Origin: Acidimicrobiia bacterium
GTDB taxonomy: Bacteria; Actinomycetota; Acidimicrobiia; Spongiisociales; SHLN01
Length of the DNA stretch: 43,933 nt
NCBI GenBank assembly: GCA_004283105.1
Contig: SHLN01000001.1
Span: 1 to 43,933, forward strand
Reading direction: 5' to 3'
In this document: positions 1-8,944 of the stretch, one piece after another
Numbering within the stretch: the stretch's first letter is position 1
How the letters are laid out: every line of letters starts with the position of its first letter
Program-made: the position numbers and the translations under genes
Notes under the pieces: generated by a model
Database searches by the model: none
Told to the model about the DNA's origin: nothing
Seen by the model: only the letters and a program-made list of their open reading frames with translations

Positions 1-1
1 C

Positions 2-664
2 CCCGAGGCGACCACGATCCTGGCGCTCCGCTACGCCGACGGCGTCGTGATGGGCGGCGACCGGCGTGCCACCGAGGGCCACACGATCGCCCACCGGCGA
101 ATGCAGAAGGTCTATCCGGCCGACGGTTTCAGTGCCGTTGCCATCGCCGGGACCGCCGGCCTCGCCATGGAGATGGTCAAGCTCTTTCAGACTGAGCTAG
201 AGCACTACGAGAAACTGGAAGGCACCCGCCTCAGCCTGGAGGGCAAGGCCAACCACCTCGCCCGCATGGTGCGCCAGCAACTCCCGATGGTCTTTCAGGG
301 GCTCGTGGTTGTGCCGCTGTTTTGCGGCTACGACGAGGCCGAGTCGTTGGGCCGTCTCTACACGTACGACGTGGTGGGGGGCCGCTACGAGGAAGACGAC
401 TACGCCGCCAGCGGTTCGGGCGGACGCGAGGCCAAGGCCTATCTGCGATCCGTCTACCGCGACGATCTGTCCGAGGAAGACGCTCTCACCCAGGGCATCG
501 CCGCCATTGCCGCCGCCGCCGAGCAGGACACGGCCACGGGTGGTCCCGACCTGCGCCGGGAGATCTACTCAACCGCCGTGATCGTGAACCGGGACGGCTA
601 CACCGAGGTGGCCGACGACCGGGTTGCCGAACTGTCTCGCGACCTCGTGGGAGATTCAGAATGA
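2..664 (+). CDS. prcB: 20S proteasome beta subunit, 5' end cut by the window edge
   Basis: The frame is open from nt 2. The translation PEATTILALRYADGVVMGGDRRATEG... carries the TT catalytic-Thr/propeptide junction, and ELEHYEKLEG and TATGGPDL resemble actinobacterial PrcB over the whole length. The stop overlaps the prcA start (ATGA 661-664). Confidence 0.95.
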   Translation, partial: PEATTILALRYADGVVMGGDRRATEGHTIAHRRMQKVYPADGFSAVAIAGTAGLAMEMVKLFQTELEHYEKLEGTRLSLEGKANHLARMVRQQLPMVFQGLVVVPLFCGYDEAESLGRLYTYDVVGGRYEEDDYAASGSGGREAKAYLRSVYRDDLSEEDALTQGIAAIAAAAEQDTATGGPDLRREIYSTAVIVNRDGYTEVADDRVAELSRDLVGDSE

Positions 665-1341
665 CGCTCCCGTACTACGTCCCGCCCGAGCAGCTCATGA
701 AGGACCGGGCCGAGTTCGCCCAGAAGGGCATCGCCAAGGGCCGTTCTATCATCGCCGTCGAGTACGCCGACGGGGTGCTGATGCTTGCTGAGAACTCGAG
801 TCGGGCGCTCAACAAGATCGGCGAGATCTACGACCGGATGGCCTTTGCCGGCGTGGGCAAGTACAACGAGTTCGAAGCGTTGCGGGTGGCCGGTATCCGC
901 CATGCCGACCTCAAGGGCTACTCGTATGGCCGCTCCGACGTGGCGGCCAAGAGCCTGGCCAACGCCTACTCACAAACCCTGGCCGCCGTCTTCACTGAGA
1001 GCGTGAAGCCATACGAGATCGAGATCCTCATCGTCGAAGTTGGTGATGATCCGGCGGGCACCAGCCTGTTCCGGGTCCGCTATGACGGCACTCTGGTCGA
1101 CGAGGAGGGCTTCTGTGCCATCGGCGGCCAGGAGGACGAACTGACCGCGCACATGAAGGAGCGGTACGAGGGAGGCATGGATCTCCGTGCCACCATTCGC
1201 TTCGCCACTGAGGCTTTCGAGGCGGTCGAAGAGCGGGAAATCGGCCCGGACGAGTGGGAAGCCGCCGTCCTCGACCGCACCAACGGCCGCCGCATGTTCC
1301 GCCGCCTCGATGCCGGAGAGATCACGGCGGCTCGCAGCTAG
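661..1341 (+). CDS. prcA: 20S proteasome alpha subunit
   Basis: MTLPYYVPPEQLMKDRAEFAQKGIAKGRSIIAVEYADGVLMLAEN... is a typical PrcA N-terminus. The ATG at 661 is in frame inside the longer ORF 322..1341, whose upstream part is Arg-rich junk overlapping prcB. Confidence 0.95.
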   Translation: MTLPYYVPPEQLMKDRAEFAQKGIAKGRSIIAVEYADGVLMLAENSSRALNKIGEIYDRMAFAGVGKYNEFEALRVAGIRHADLKGYSYGRSDVAAKSLANAYSQTLAAVFTESVKPYEIEILIVEVGDDPAGTSLFRVRYDGTLVDEEGFCAIGGQEDELTAHMKERYEGGMDLRATIRFATEAFEAVEEREIGPDEWEAAVLDRTNGRRMFRRLDAGEITAARS

Positions 1342-1349
1342 CCCGTCCA

Positions 1350-1739
1350 ATGATCGCCATGATGACCAGCGACCGGCTCAACCGCTTCTTCGACGCCTGG
1401 AATGCCCACGATGTCGAGACCATCGTCAGTTACTTCACCGAAGACGGCGCATACTTTGCCTCGATCGGTCCGGACGACGAGGGCACCGCCTTCCGGGGGA
1501 CCGATGAGCTGCGGCGGGGTGTAGCCGCGTTCCTGGCCAACTACGGCGACGTCAGCTACACGGATCTCTATGTCGTGGTCTCGGGCGACCGGGGCTACGC
1601 GACGTGGACATTCCACGGCATCGACCCCGAGCATGGGCCGATCACCTACCTGGGGGTCGATGTCTTCGAGTTCGACGGTGATCTCATTGCCGTCAAGGAC
1701 GCCTACCGCAAGGAACGCTCACGCCCGATTGGTGGCTGA
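1350..1739 (+). CDS. SnoaL-like / NTF2-fold protein
   Basis: LNRFFDAWNAHDVETIVSYFTEDGAY... followed by a FEFDGDLIAVKDAY pattern is typical of SnoaL-like polyketide-cyclase-fold proteins. Start taken at the internal ATG 1350 of ORF 1254..1739. Confidence 0.6.
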   Translation: MIAMMTSDRLNRFFDAWNAHDVETIVSYFTEDGAYFASIGPDDEGTAFRGTDELRRGVAAFLANYGDVSYTDLYVVVSGDRGYATWTFHGIDPEHGPITYLGVDVFEFDGDLIAVKDAYRKERSRPIGG

Positions 1740-1898
1740 CTGGTTGTCAGAAGTGACCGGCCAGATACTCGCCGTGGAGTTTCATGTCGGCTCCCCGACC
1801 GTACAAGGTGACGTCAGCCAGTGTCTGGGCCGAATGGCCCTGGCGAGGCGGACGATTCTCTCCCACGATTCGAAACGAAGAAACGACAAAGGGGTTTG

Positions 1899-2369
1899 AT
1901 GTCCGACGATGAGAAGAAGAAGGCATGGATGCCCCCGCGCTGGTTTGTCCGGCTCGCTTGGGCGACGCACCGCGGCCTCTACAAGATGACGGGCGGCCGG
2001 ATCGGGCTGCGGCCTCCGAAATCGGTCAACCATTGGGGAACGGCTCGCCTCACAACCATCGGTCGGCGTAGCGGTCAGGAGCGCCCGGTGATGGTCGGCT
2101 ATTTCGAGGATGGTCCCAACCTGGTGACAATGGCCATGAACGGATGGGGCGAGGGTGAGCCTGCCTGGTGGCTCAACCTCCAGACCAATCCGGAGGCCAC
2201 CCTCGATCTGAAAGACGGTCCACGTCGGGTCAAGGGCCGGGCCGCCGAGGGGGAGGAGCGATCCCGACTCTGGGATCGATGGCGCGAAATCGACAAGAAC
2301 CTGGACGCCTATGCGGCCCGCCGGCCCGGGGAGACGGCCGTTGTGATCCTGGAGCCGTTGGCAGACTGA
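1899..2369 (+). CDS. nitroreductase-family deazaflavin (F420)-dependent oxidoreductase (DDN-like)
   Basis: HRGLYKMTGGRIG...TTIGRRSGQERPVMVGYFEDG...GEPAWWLNLQTNPEATL...R..LWDRW matches the DDN/PPOX-like F420H2-dependent family pattern. Start chosen at ATG 1899 (MSDDEKKK). Confidence 0.7.
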   Translation: MSDDEKKKAWMPPRWFVRLAWATHRGLYKMTGGRIGLRPPKSVNHWGTARLTTIGRRSGQERPVMVGYFEDGPNLVTMAMNGWGEGEPAWWLNLQTNPEATLDLKDGPRRVKGRAAEGEERSRLWDRWREIDKNLDAYAARRPGETAVVILEPLAD

Positions 2370-2389
2370 CGGCTCGTCGACCGCCGGAG

Positions 2390-2794
2390 CTAGTCGAAGA
2401 CGAGCTCGATGACGGGGATGATCCGCTCGGTGGCAGCCTGGTACTCGGCGAAGTTCTCGAGAGCGGCGGCCTGTTTCGCATAGATGGCGTCGCGTTCTTC
2501 TCCGACGATCTCGACCGCGGTGGCGGAGGAGGTCCCGGAGCCGATCTCGACGCCGACCCCCGGGTTTGCCTTGAGATTGTGGTACCAGTCGGGGTGCGAG
2601 TGACTGCCACCTTTCGACGCGAAGATGAAGACGCGGTCGCCCTCCTTGAGGTATACGAGCGGAGTGATGCGCTCGAGCCCTGAGCGAGCGCCGGTGGCAT
2701 GGAGGATCAGCACGTCCAGGCCTTCGAAGAAGCCGCCGACCTTTCCGTCGTTGGCTCTGAACTCCTCGATCACCTTTGCATTCCAGTCAGACAC
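2390..2794 (-). CDS. nitroreductase-family deazaflavin (F420)-dependent oxidoreductase (DDN-like), second copy
   Basis: WNAKVIEEFRANDGKVGG...LILHATGARSGLERITPLVYL...KGGSHSHPDWYHNLKANP... is the classic motif set of this family. Confidence 0.75.
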   Translation of the reverse strand: MSDWNAKVIEEFRANDGKVGGFFEGLDVLILHATGARSGLERITPLVYLKEGDRVFIFASKGGSHSHPDWYHNLKANPGVGVEIGSGTSSATAVEIVGEERDAIYAKQAAALENFAEYQAATERIIPVIELVFD

Positions 2795-2864
2795 GGTTCA
2801 TCCCTTTTGTTCGTGGGTCCAGACAACCCCGCCCGAGCAACCCACTATTCCCGTCCTCAGATTC

Positions 2865-2897
2865 CGATCTGGGGACCAGGGACAGCGATCTGGGGAC
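2865..2897. repeat. 12-bp direct repeat CGATCTGGGGAC x2, copies starting 21 bp apart
   Basis: Identical copies at 2865-2876 and 2886-2897, 71-103 nt upstream of the start of the minus-strand DDN-like gene (2794). Confidence 0.85.
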
Positions 2898-2946
2898 TGC
2901 CTAAGAAGCTTCTGATCAGCCGTTCGGCTAGCTCACGTTGGTCCTG

Positions 2947-2974
2947 GCTCACAGCTCACAGCTCACAGCTCAGA
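2947..2974. repeat. heptanucleotide tandem repeat (GCTCACA)x3 + GCTCAGA
   Basis: Read directly: units at 2947-2953, 2954-2960, 2961-2967 and 2968-2974, plus a degenerate GCTCACG at 2931-2937. The last unit contains the pafA stop codon (complement of 2970-2972). Confidence 0.9.
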
Positions 2975-4325
2975 GACTCTTGATGAGCCGTTCCACCCGC
3001 TCGTCGATCGCCTTGAACGGGTCCTTGCAGAGGACGGTGCGCTGCGCCTGGTCGTTGAGTTTGAGGTGGACCCAATCGACGGTGAAGTCCCGCTTCTTCG
3101 CCTTCGCCGCTTTGATGAACTCGCCGCGCAGGCGGGCGCGGGTGGTTTGCGGGGGCAGGCTGATGGCTTCGTTGATGGCGTCATCGGTGACGACCCGGTC
3201 CATCATGCCCTTGCGTTCGAGCAGGTAGTAGAGGCCCCGCTGGCGGTTGACGTCGTGGTAGGCGAGGTCGAGGAGGGCCAGCCGACCCGACCCGAGCTGG
3301 AGATTGTGCTTGGCCCGGTACCGATCGACGATGTGGTATTTGGCGACCCAATCGACCTCGCTGCTCAGACTGAGCGGGTCCTTCTCGAGGCCGGTCAGCA
3401 GGTGCTCCCACATGTCAACCGCCTTCTGGACCTGGGCGGGAAAGCCGGTGGTGCGGCCGTAGCGGACCGCTCGCTCAAGGTACTCCCACTGGATGTCGAG
3501 AGCGGAGAGCTCGCGGCCATTGAGGAGCCGCACCTTGCGCTTGCAGGTGATGTCGTGGCTGATTTCGCGAATAGCCCTGATCGGGTTTTCGAGCGTCAGG
3601 TCACGGAACACCACCTCGTCCTCGAGCATCTGGAGGAGGGCGGCGGCAGTGCCAACCTTCACGTAGTTGGCGTACTCGGACATATTCGAGTCGCCGGCGA
3701 TGACGTGGAGCCGGCGGAACCGCTCGGCGTCGGCGTGTGGCTCGTCCCGGGTGTTGATGATCGGCCGGCTGCGGGTGGTGGCAGAGGAGACGCCTTCCCA
3801 GATGTGCTCGGCCCGCTGGGCGATGCAATAGACGGTTCCCCGGGCCGTCTGGAGCAGCTTGCCGGCCCCGGAGAAGATCTGGCGGGAGACGAAGAACGGG
3901 ATGAGCGTGTCGATGGTCCGTTGGAAATCGGAGTGGCGGCCCACCAGGTAGTTCTCGTGGCAGCCGTATGAGTTCCCGGCCGAGTCGGTGTTGTTCTTGA
4001 ACAGGTAGATGTCGCCCCGGATGCCCTCCTCCTCGAGGCGCCGCTCGGCCGATTGCACGAGGCCTTCCAGGACCCGCTCACCCGCCTTGTCGTGGGCCAC
4101 GAGGTCGTAGAGGCTGTCGCACTCGGGGGTGGCGTACTCGGGGTGGCTCCCGACGTCGAGGTAGAGGCGGGCGCCGTTTTCGAGGAAGACGTTGGAGGAT
4201 CGACCCCAGCTGACCACCCGGCGGAACAGGTAGCGGGCCACCTCATCGGGTGAAAGGCGCCGCTGGCCACGCAATGTGCACGTGACGCCGTATTCGTTCT
4301 CCAGTCCGAAAATGCGGCGGTCCAT
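2970..4325 (-). CDS. pafA: Pup--protein ligase
   Basis: [67 protein letters not shown]...[22 protein letters not shown] is near-identical in pattern to mycobacterial PafA. I chose the ATG at 4325 over 4352 because homologues start M-x-RRI. Confidence 0.93.
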   Translation of the reverse strand: MDRRIFGLENEYGVTCTLRGQRRLSPDEVARYLFRRVVSWGRSSNVFLENGARLYLDVGSHPEYATPECDSLYDLVAHDKAGERVLEGLVQSAERRLEEEGIRGDIYLFKNNTDSAGNSYGCHENYLVGRHSDFQRTIDTLIPFFVSRQIFSGAGKLLQTARGTVYCIAQRAEHIWEGVSSATTRSRPIINTRDEPHADAERFRRLHVIAGDSNMSEYANYVKVGTAAALLQMLEDEVVFRDLTLENPIRAIREISHDITCKRKVRLLNGRELSALDIQWEYLERAVRYGRTTGFPAQVQKAVDMWEHLLTGLEKDPLSLSSEVDWVAKYHIVDRYRAKHNLQLGSGRLALLDLAYHDVNRQRGLYYLLERKGMMDRVVTDDAINEAISLPPQTTRARLRGEFIKAAKAKKRDFTVDWVHLKLNDQAQRTVLCKDPFKAIDERVERLIKSL

Positions 4326-4414
4326 GCGGGTCAGAGTAGCGGCAGAGCCCATTCATGGGCCGCTACCGGTGATCTAATAGGGGCTTTCTGTAGGATCCCC
4401 CAACGAGGTGGCCG

Positions 4415-7400
4415 ATGCAGTGTCCGTCCTGTAATCATACGAACGACCCGAGTGCCAAGTTCTGCAGCGAGTGCGGAACCAAGCTGGCGCTCGCCTGTCC
4501 GAACGGTCACGAAGTAGCCGCCGGGGCCAAGTTCTGCCCGGAATGTGGCTCGGCGCTTGCTTCAGGGACTGGGGCGTCTGAACCGACATCGCCTGCCGAC
4601 GACGCACCGTTGGCCGCTCAGGCTCCCGTCAAAGCGGAGCGACGCCTCGTAACCGTCCTCTTCGCCGATCTCGTGGGATTCACGCCTTACAGCGAATCTC
4701 GCGATCCGGAGGAGGTCCGGGCGATGCTGACCGTGTACTTCGATCGGGCCAGTGAGATCCTCGAGCGTTTCGGGGGCAGCGTCGACAAGTTCATCGGCGA
4801 CGCCGTGATGGCGGTGTGGGGAGCCGTTGCTGCGAACGAAGATGACGCCGAGCGGGCGGTCAGGGCCGGGCTCGAGCTCGTCGACATGATCAATGAACTG
4901 GGAGGAGAGATCGGTGTTCCCGACCTGGCCCTTCGGGCAGGGGTCCTGACCGGTGAAGCCTCGGTCGGCCCGGGGGGTAATGAGAAGGGTCTCGTGGTGG
5001 GTGACCTCGTCAACACCGCCTCCCGGCTGCAATCCATCGCCGAACCGGGCACGGTGGCGATCGGCGAGTCGACCTTCCGAATCGTTGAGAACGCCATCGC
5101 ATGCGAGCCGCTCGGCGATCAGGACATGAAGGGCAAGTCATCTCCGGTTCCGGCGTTTCGGGCGCTCCGGGTCATCTCGGAGCGGGGCGGGCGAGGCAAG
5201 GCGGCCGGACTGGAGGCGCCGTTTGTGGGACGGGAGGACGAGTTGCGTCTTCTCAAGGACCAGCTGCATGCCACCGGGCGGGACACGCGGGCCCGCCTCG
5301 TGTCGATCGTCGGGGAAGGGGGAATCGGCAAGAGCCGGTTGGCAGCCGAGTTGCTCCGCTACATCGATGGCCTGGCCGAGGACGTCTACTGGCATCAGGG
5401 GCGTTCGCCCTCGTACGGCGACGGTGTGACGTTCTGGGCCCTGGGTGAGATGGTCCGGCGGCGGGCCGGGATCGTCGAGGGCGAAGAGAACCACAAGGCT
5501 CGAATAAAGCTCCGAACTGCGGTAGCCGAGTTCGCCCCCGACCCGGAAGAGCAGAAGTGGATCGAACCACGGCTCGCCGGATTGCTGGGCCTCGATGAGA
5601 TGCCGGCCGGCGATCGCACCGAGTTGTTCGCAGCGATGCGGACATTCTTCCAACGCATCGCCGACCGGGGAACCACGGTGCTCGTGTTCGAGGACCTCCA
5701 TTGGGCAGATGCCGGCCTTCTGGACTTCATCGAAGAGCTGGTGGATCGGTCACGAAACCACCCGATCTTCATCCTCACGCTGGCGCGACCGGACCTGCTC
5801 CAGGCCCGGTCCGGGTGGGGCTCGGGCCGCCAGAGCCTGCTTTCGATGCATCTACCTCCGCTCCCGGAGCACTCCATGCGGGAGCTGGTGGCCGGCCTGG
5901 CACCCGGTCTGCCCGAGGACGCGGTCGGTCTCATTGCCTCGAGATCGGCCGGTATGCCGCTCTACGCAGTCGAGTTCGTGCGGATGCTGCTTGCCGGCGG
6001 GGATCTTGTGCGCGAGGGCGAGGAGTTCCACCTGGTAGGCGACCTCGGCGGCCTGGCCGTCCCGGAGTCGCTCCAGGCGGTCATCGGAGCCCGCCTCGAC
6101 AGACTCGATGCGGCCGACCGCCAGTTGGCCCAGGACGGTGCCGTGCTCGGCCAGACGTTCACAGTGGACGGGCTATCGGTGCTCCGGGGCGAAGACGCGG
6201 CTGTCCTCGAGGAGCGGTTGAGCGATCTTGTCCGCCGGGAGCTTCTCGAAGTGGAGTCCGACCCGAAATCGCCCGAACGCGGCCAGTACAAGTTCGTCCA
6301 AGGACTGATACGCGAGGTCGCCTACAGCCGGCTCACAAAGGAGGAGCGACGGGACCGGCACCTCAAGGTCGCCGAGTACTACGAGCAATTCGATGACGTC
6401 GAAGTGGCCGGGATCGTAGCCAGCCACTACGTGGACGCCTATCGGGCGAGCCCCGCAGGGCCGGAGGGTGAGCGCCTGGCCGAGCGGGCCCGGCACTCGC
6501 TACGCGATGCCGCCGCCCGGGCGGCAGATCTTCAATCACATGAACAGGCCCTCGCGCTCTGCAAGCAGGCGCTCGACATAACCGAGGAGGCTGCCGACCA
6601 GGCCGAGTTGTGGCTGCGGGCGGCCGAGTCGGCCAACCTTGCGCTGCTGGAAGAGGACGAAGCGGAGGAATATGCCCGGCAGGCGCTCGACTATTACCAG
6701 GGCCTCGAGAGTGCCTCCGGCGTTGTTCGGGCAGCCACGCTGCTGGCTCGCATCTTCAATGACCACTCGCGATCGGACGAGGCCCCGCCGGTCCTCGAGC
6801 CGGTGTTCGAGGCCCAGCCGAACATCGAGACATCCGAGCAGGTGGCTCTCGGGGCCGAACTGGCTCGTAGCTACATGCTGGTAGGCGAACTGCAGAACGC
6901 CGTCGACGTGGTCGACCGGGTGCTGCTTCCCGCCGAGCAGTCAGAAATGATCGCGGAGGTTGTCGACTCGCTGATCACCCGGGCCACGGCCATCGGCGGT
7001 CTCGGTCGACCCAAAGAAGGGGTGGCCCTACTCCAGGGAGCGATCCGACTGGCGGAGGACTATGACCTTCCTCATGCCACTATGCGGGCTCTGAACAACC
7101 TCGCGTTCGTAGTCGGAGCCGACGACGCCCATGCCCAGGAGGCTGCCCAGGCACTGCTGCTCGACCACGCCGAGCGGGTTGGCGACACCGCCCGTATCCT
7201 GGACGGAGTGGCCGACCTGGCGGTGGCTCGGGTCAACCAGGGTGACCTCGCCGGCGCCGCCGAGATGCTCGAGGAGGCCGACCCAACCGAACTCACAGGC
7301 CAATGGCCATCGGTCTACGGATATTGGCTCGCGTTCGTTCGTGGCCTGCAGACCGGCGAAGCTCGGTACTGGGAGGAAACGGAACGCCATCTGTCGTTCT

Positions 7401-7930
7401 GGGATGGTTCGACCGATCCTCAGATCATTGGATTGCTGGCGGGATTCCGCAGCTGGGCGTGTGTCTATCAAGGTGACTACGGGGGGACGTTGGACGCCGC
7501 CGCCCGGAGTGACTGGGATCCACTGTTCCCCTTTCGTATCCACGCGGCGATACAAGCGGCCGCCTGGCTGGGAGACCACGAAGCCCTTGCCGGCGTGGCG
7601 GCGCAACTGCGGGAGCATCGGGGACGCGGACGACGAATCAAGGGCCTGCGTCTCTTCGCCGACGCCGCCCAGGCATCGCTGGCAGGTGATGGGGAAGCCG
7701 CTGCACGCCTATTTAGTGACGCAATTGCCCTGTGGGAGCAGACTGCCACCGGGCTGGAATTGGTGCTGCTGCAAGCGTCGTTCGCCAAGATGGCTGGGCA
7801 GGAGCATCCTGCGGCTGCGGCAGCAGCGGCATCTGCGTACCGATGGATCAGCGAAAGCGGGAGCGCCCTGCTCCTCGACGTTCTGCGAGAAGGTCTCCCG
7901 GCGGAAACGCCAGTTGCCGCCAGCGGCTGA
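4415..7930 (+). CDS. multidomain signalling protein: double zinc ribbon + class III adenylate/guanylate cyclase + P-loop STAND/AAA ATPase + TPR-like C-terminal region
   Basis: The N-terminus has CPSCN..FCSECG and CPNGH..FCPECG. The cyclase core has VTVLFADLVGFT, KFIGDAVMAVWG and VNTASRLQS (metal Asp, Asn/Arg). The Walker A motif is VGEGGIGKSRL, with Walker B-like VLVFEDLHWAD. The ~600-aa helical Ala/Leu-rich tail has no LuxR HTH that I can see. Confidence 0.9.
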   Translation: MQCPSCNHTNDPSAKFCSECGTKLALACPNGHEVAAGAKFCPECGSALASGTGASEPTSPADDAPLAAQAPVKAERRLVTVLFADLVGFTPYSESRDPEEVRAMLTVYFDRASEILERFGGSVDKFIGDAVMAVWGAVAANEDDAERAVRAGLELVDMINELGGEIGVPDLALRAGVLTGEASVGPGGNEKGLVVGDLVNTASRLQSIAEPGTVAIGESTFRIVENAIACEPLGDQDMKGKSSPVPAFRALRVISERGGRGKAAGLEAPFVGREDELRLLKDQLHATGRDTRARLVSIVGEGGIGKSRLAAELLRYIDGLAEDVYWHQGRSPSYGDGVTFWALGEMVRRRAGIVEGEENHKARIKLRTAVAEFAPDPEEQKWIEPRLAGLLGLDEMPAGDRTELFAAMRTFFQRIADRGTTVLVFEDLHWADAGLLDFIEELVDRSRNHPIFILTLARPDLLQARSGWGSGRQSLLSMHLPPLPEHSMRELVAGLAPGLPEDAVGLIASRSAGMPLYAVEFVRMLLAGGDLVREGEEFHLVGDLGGLAVPESLQAVIGARLDRLDAADRQLAQDGAVLGQTFTVDGLSVLRGEDAAVLEERLSDLVRRELLEVESDPKSPERGQYKFVQGLIREVAYSRLTKEERRDRHLKVAEYYEQFDDVEVAGIVASHYVDAYRASPAGPEGERLAERARHSLRDAAARAADLQSHEQALALCKQALDITEEAADQAELWLRAAESANLALLEEDEAEEYARQALDYYQGLESASGVVRAATLLARIFNDHSRSDEAPPVLEPVFEAQPNIETSEQVALGAELARSYMLVGELQNAVDVVDRVLLPAEQSEMIAEVVDSLITRATAIGGLGRPKEGVALLQGAIRLAEDYDLPHATMRALNNLAFVVGADDAHAQEAAQALLLDHAERVGDTARILDGVADLAVARVNQGDLAGAAEMLEEADPTELTGQWPSVYGYWLAFVRGLQTGEARYWEETERHLSFWDGSTDPQIIGLLAGFRSWACVYQGDYGGTLDAAARSDWDPLFPFRIHAAIQAAAWLGDHEALAGVAAQLREHRGRGRRIKGLRLFADAAQASLAGDGEAAARLFSDAIALWEQTATGLELVLLQASFAKMAGQEHPAAAAAAASAYRWISESGSALLLDVLREGLPAETPVAASG

Positions 7931-8023
7931 ATCGAACCTCTTCCGTTCGCCGGGGGAACCTGATATGCCTCCCCAATGCAAACGATCCATCTCTCTGAGC
8001 CGTGGCGGGTCCATAATCCCCGG

Positions 8024-8944
8024 GTGAGCAAAGTCATCGAACGCATTCTCAATCTGCTGGCGTTCCTCCTGACGGTGGGGCGCCCGGTCTCCGCCGAGGA
8101 GATTCGCTTCACCGTCGCCGGCTACGAGCAGGGCGAAGATGAGGCGTTTCGCCGCATGTTCGAGCGGGACAAGGAGCTGCTCCGGCAACTCGGGATCTCC
8201 CTCGAAATGCAGGCGACCGACGCCTTCGAAGTGGAATACGGGTATATCGTTCCCGAGGGCGGCTACGAACTCCCCGATCCCGGCCTGACGGATGAGGAGC
8301 GGGCGGCCCTGTGGCTGGCGGCCCAGGCGGTCCGATTGGGGGGCCAGCCCTCCGGGCCGGAGGCAATCTTCAAGCTGGGGGGAGTGCCGGGGACCATCGG
8401 CGGTGAGCCGCTCGCCGCCAACCTCGGCGAGGAGGTGGGGCTGCTCGGGGACCTGTTCACCGCTGTGGTCGAACACCGGATCGCCGACTTCACCTACCGC
8501 GAGCGCTCCCGGGCGTTCAAGGCCTACGGGCTGGTTCATCGGCGCGGCCACTGGTATCTCGTCGGCGCGCTCGTGAGCGGTGACATCCGGGCGTTCCGGG
8601 TCGATCGCATATCCGACCTGTCCCTCCGGGACGCTCAGGGCGCATTCGAGCGCCCGGCCGATTTCGACGTGAACCGCTCGATTCCCGACGCTCCCTGGGA
8701 AGCGGGGCCCGAGGAGATGACCGCCGAAGTGGTATTCGATGCCGACGTCGCCTGGTGGGCCCGCCGGGAGGTGGGCGCCAATGCGGAGCTCACCGAGGAG
8801 CCGTCAGGAGCGATCCGCGCCAAAATCCCGGTCGCTCATCCGGAGGCGTTCATCGGTTGGCTGCTCGGGTTCGTGGATCAAGCAGAAGTGATCTCACCTC
8901 CCGAGCTTCGGGAACGGTTGCTGGCGAGAGTGGGGGAGGCCTGA
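8024..8944 (+). CDS. pafB: HTH + WYL domain regulator, PafB-like
   Basis: VSKVIERILNLLAFLL..GRPVSAEEIR..VAGY....EAFRRMFERDKELLRQLGI resembles the PafB N-terminus, and HRRGHWYLVG..FRVDRI is the WYL core. Start set at GTG 8024 and is uncertain (the ORF is open from 7976). Confidence 0.8.
   Translation: MSKVIERILNLLAFLLTVGRPVSAEEIRFTVAGYEQGEDEAFRRMFERDKELLRQLGISLEMQATDAFEVEYGYIVPEGGYELPDPGLTDEERAALWLAAQAVRLGGQPSGPEAIFKLGGVPGTIGGEPLAANLGEEVGLLGDLFTAVVEHRIADFTYRERSRAFKAYGLVHRRGHWYLVGALVSGDIRAFRVDRISDLSLRDAQGAFERPADFDVNRSIPDAPWEAGPEEMTAEVVFDADVAWWARREVGANAELTEEPSGAIRAKIPVAHPEAFIGWLLGFVDQAEVISPPELRERLLARVGEA

Noticed and set aside
322-660. The upstream part of ORF 322..1341, as a longer prcA.
   Set aside because: It overlaps prcB in another frame and translates to Arg-rich junk. 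The canonical PrcA N-terminus starts at ATG 661, coupled to the prcB stop.
1744-1770. TTGTCAGAAGTG... as a PafBC-dependent promoter motif (RecA-NDp type, tTGTCRgtg-N8-TAnnnT, from memory).
   Set aside because: The downstream TAnnnT hexamer is not present at the required spacing, so this is only a half-site resemblance.
2931-2974. The tandem repeat considered as a CRISPR array or mobile-element end.
   Set aside because: The units are 7 nt with no spacers, and there are no cas genes, transposase or inverted terminal repeats nearby. It is a simple microsatellite.
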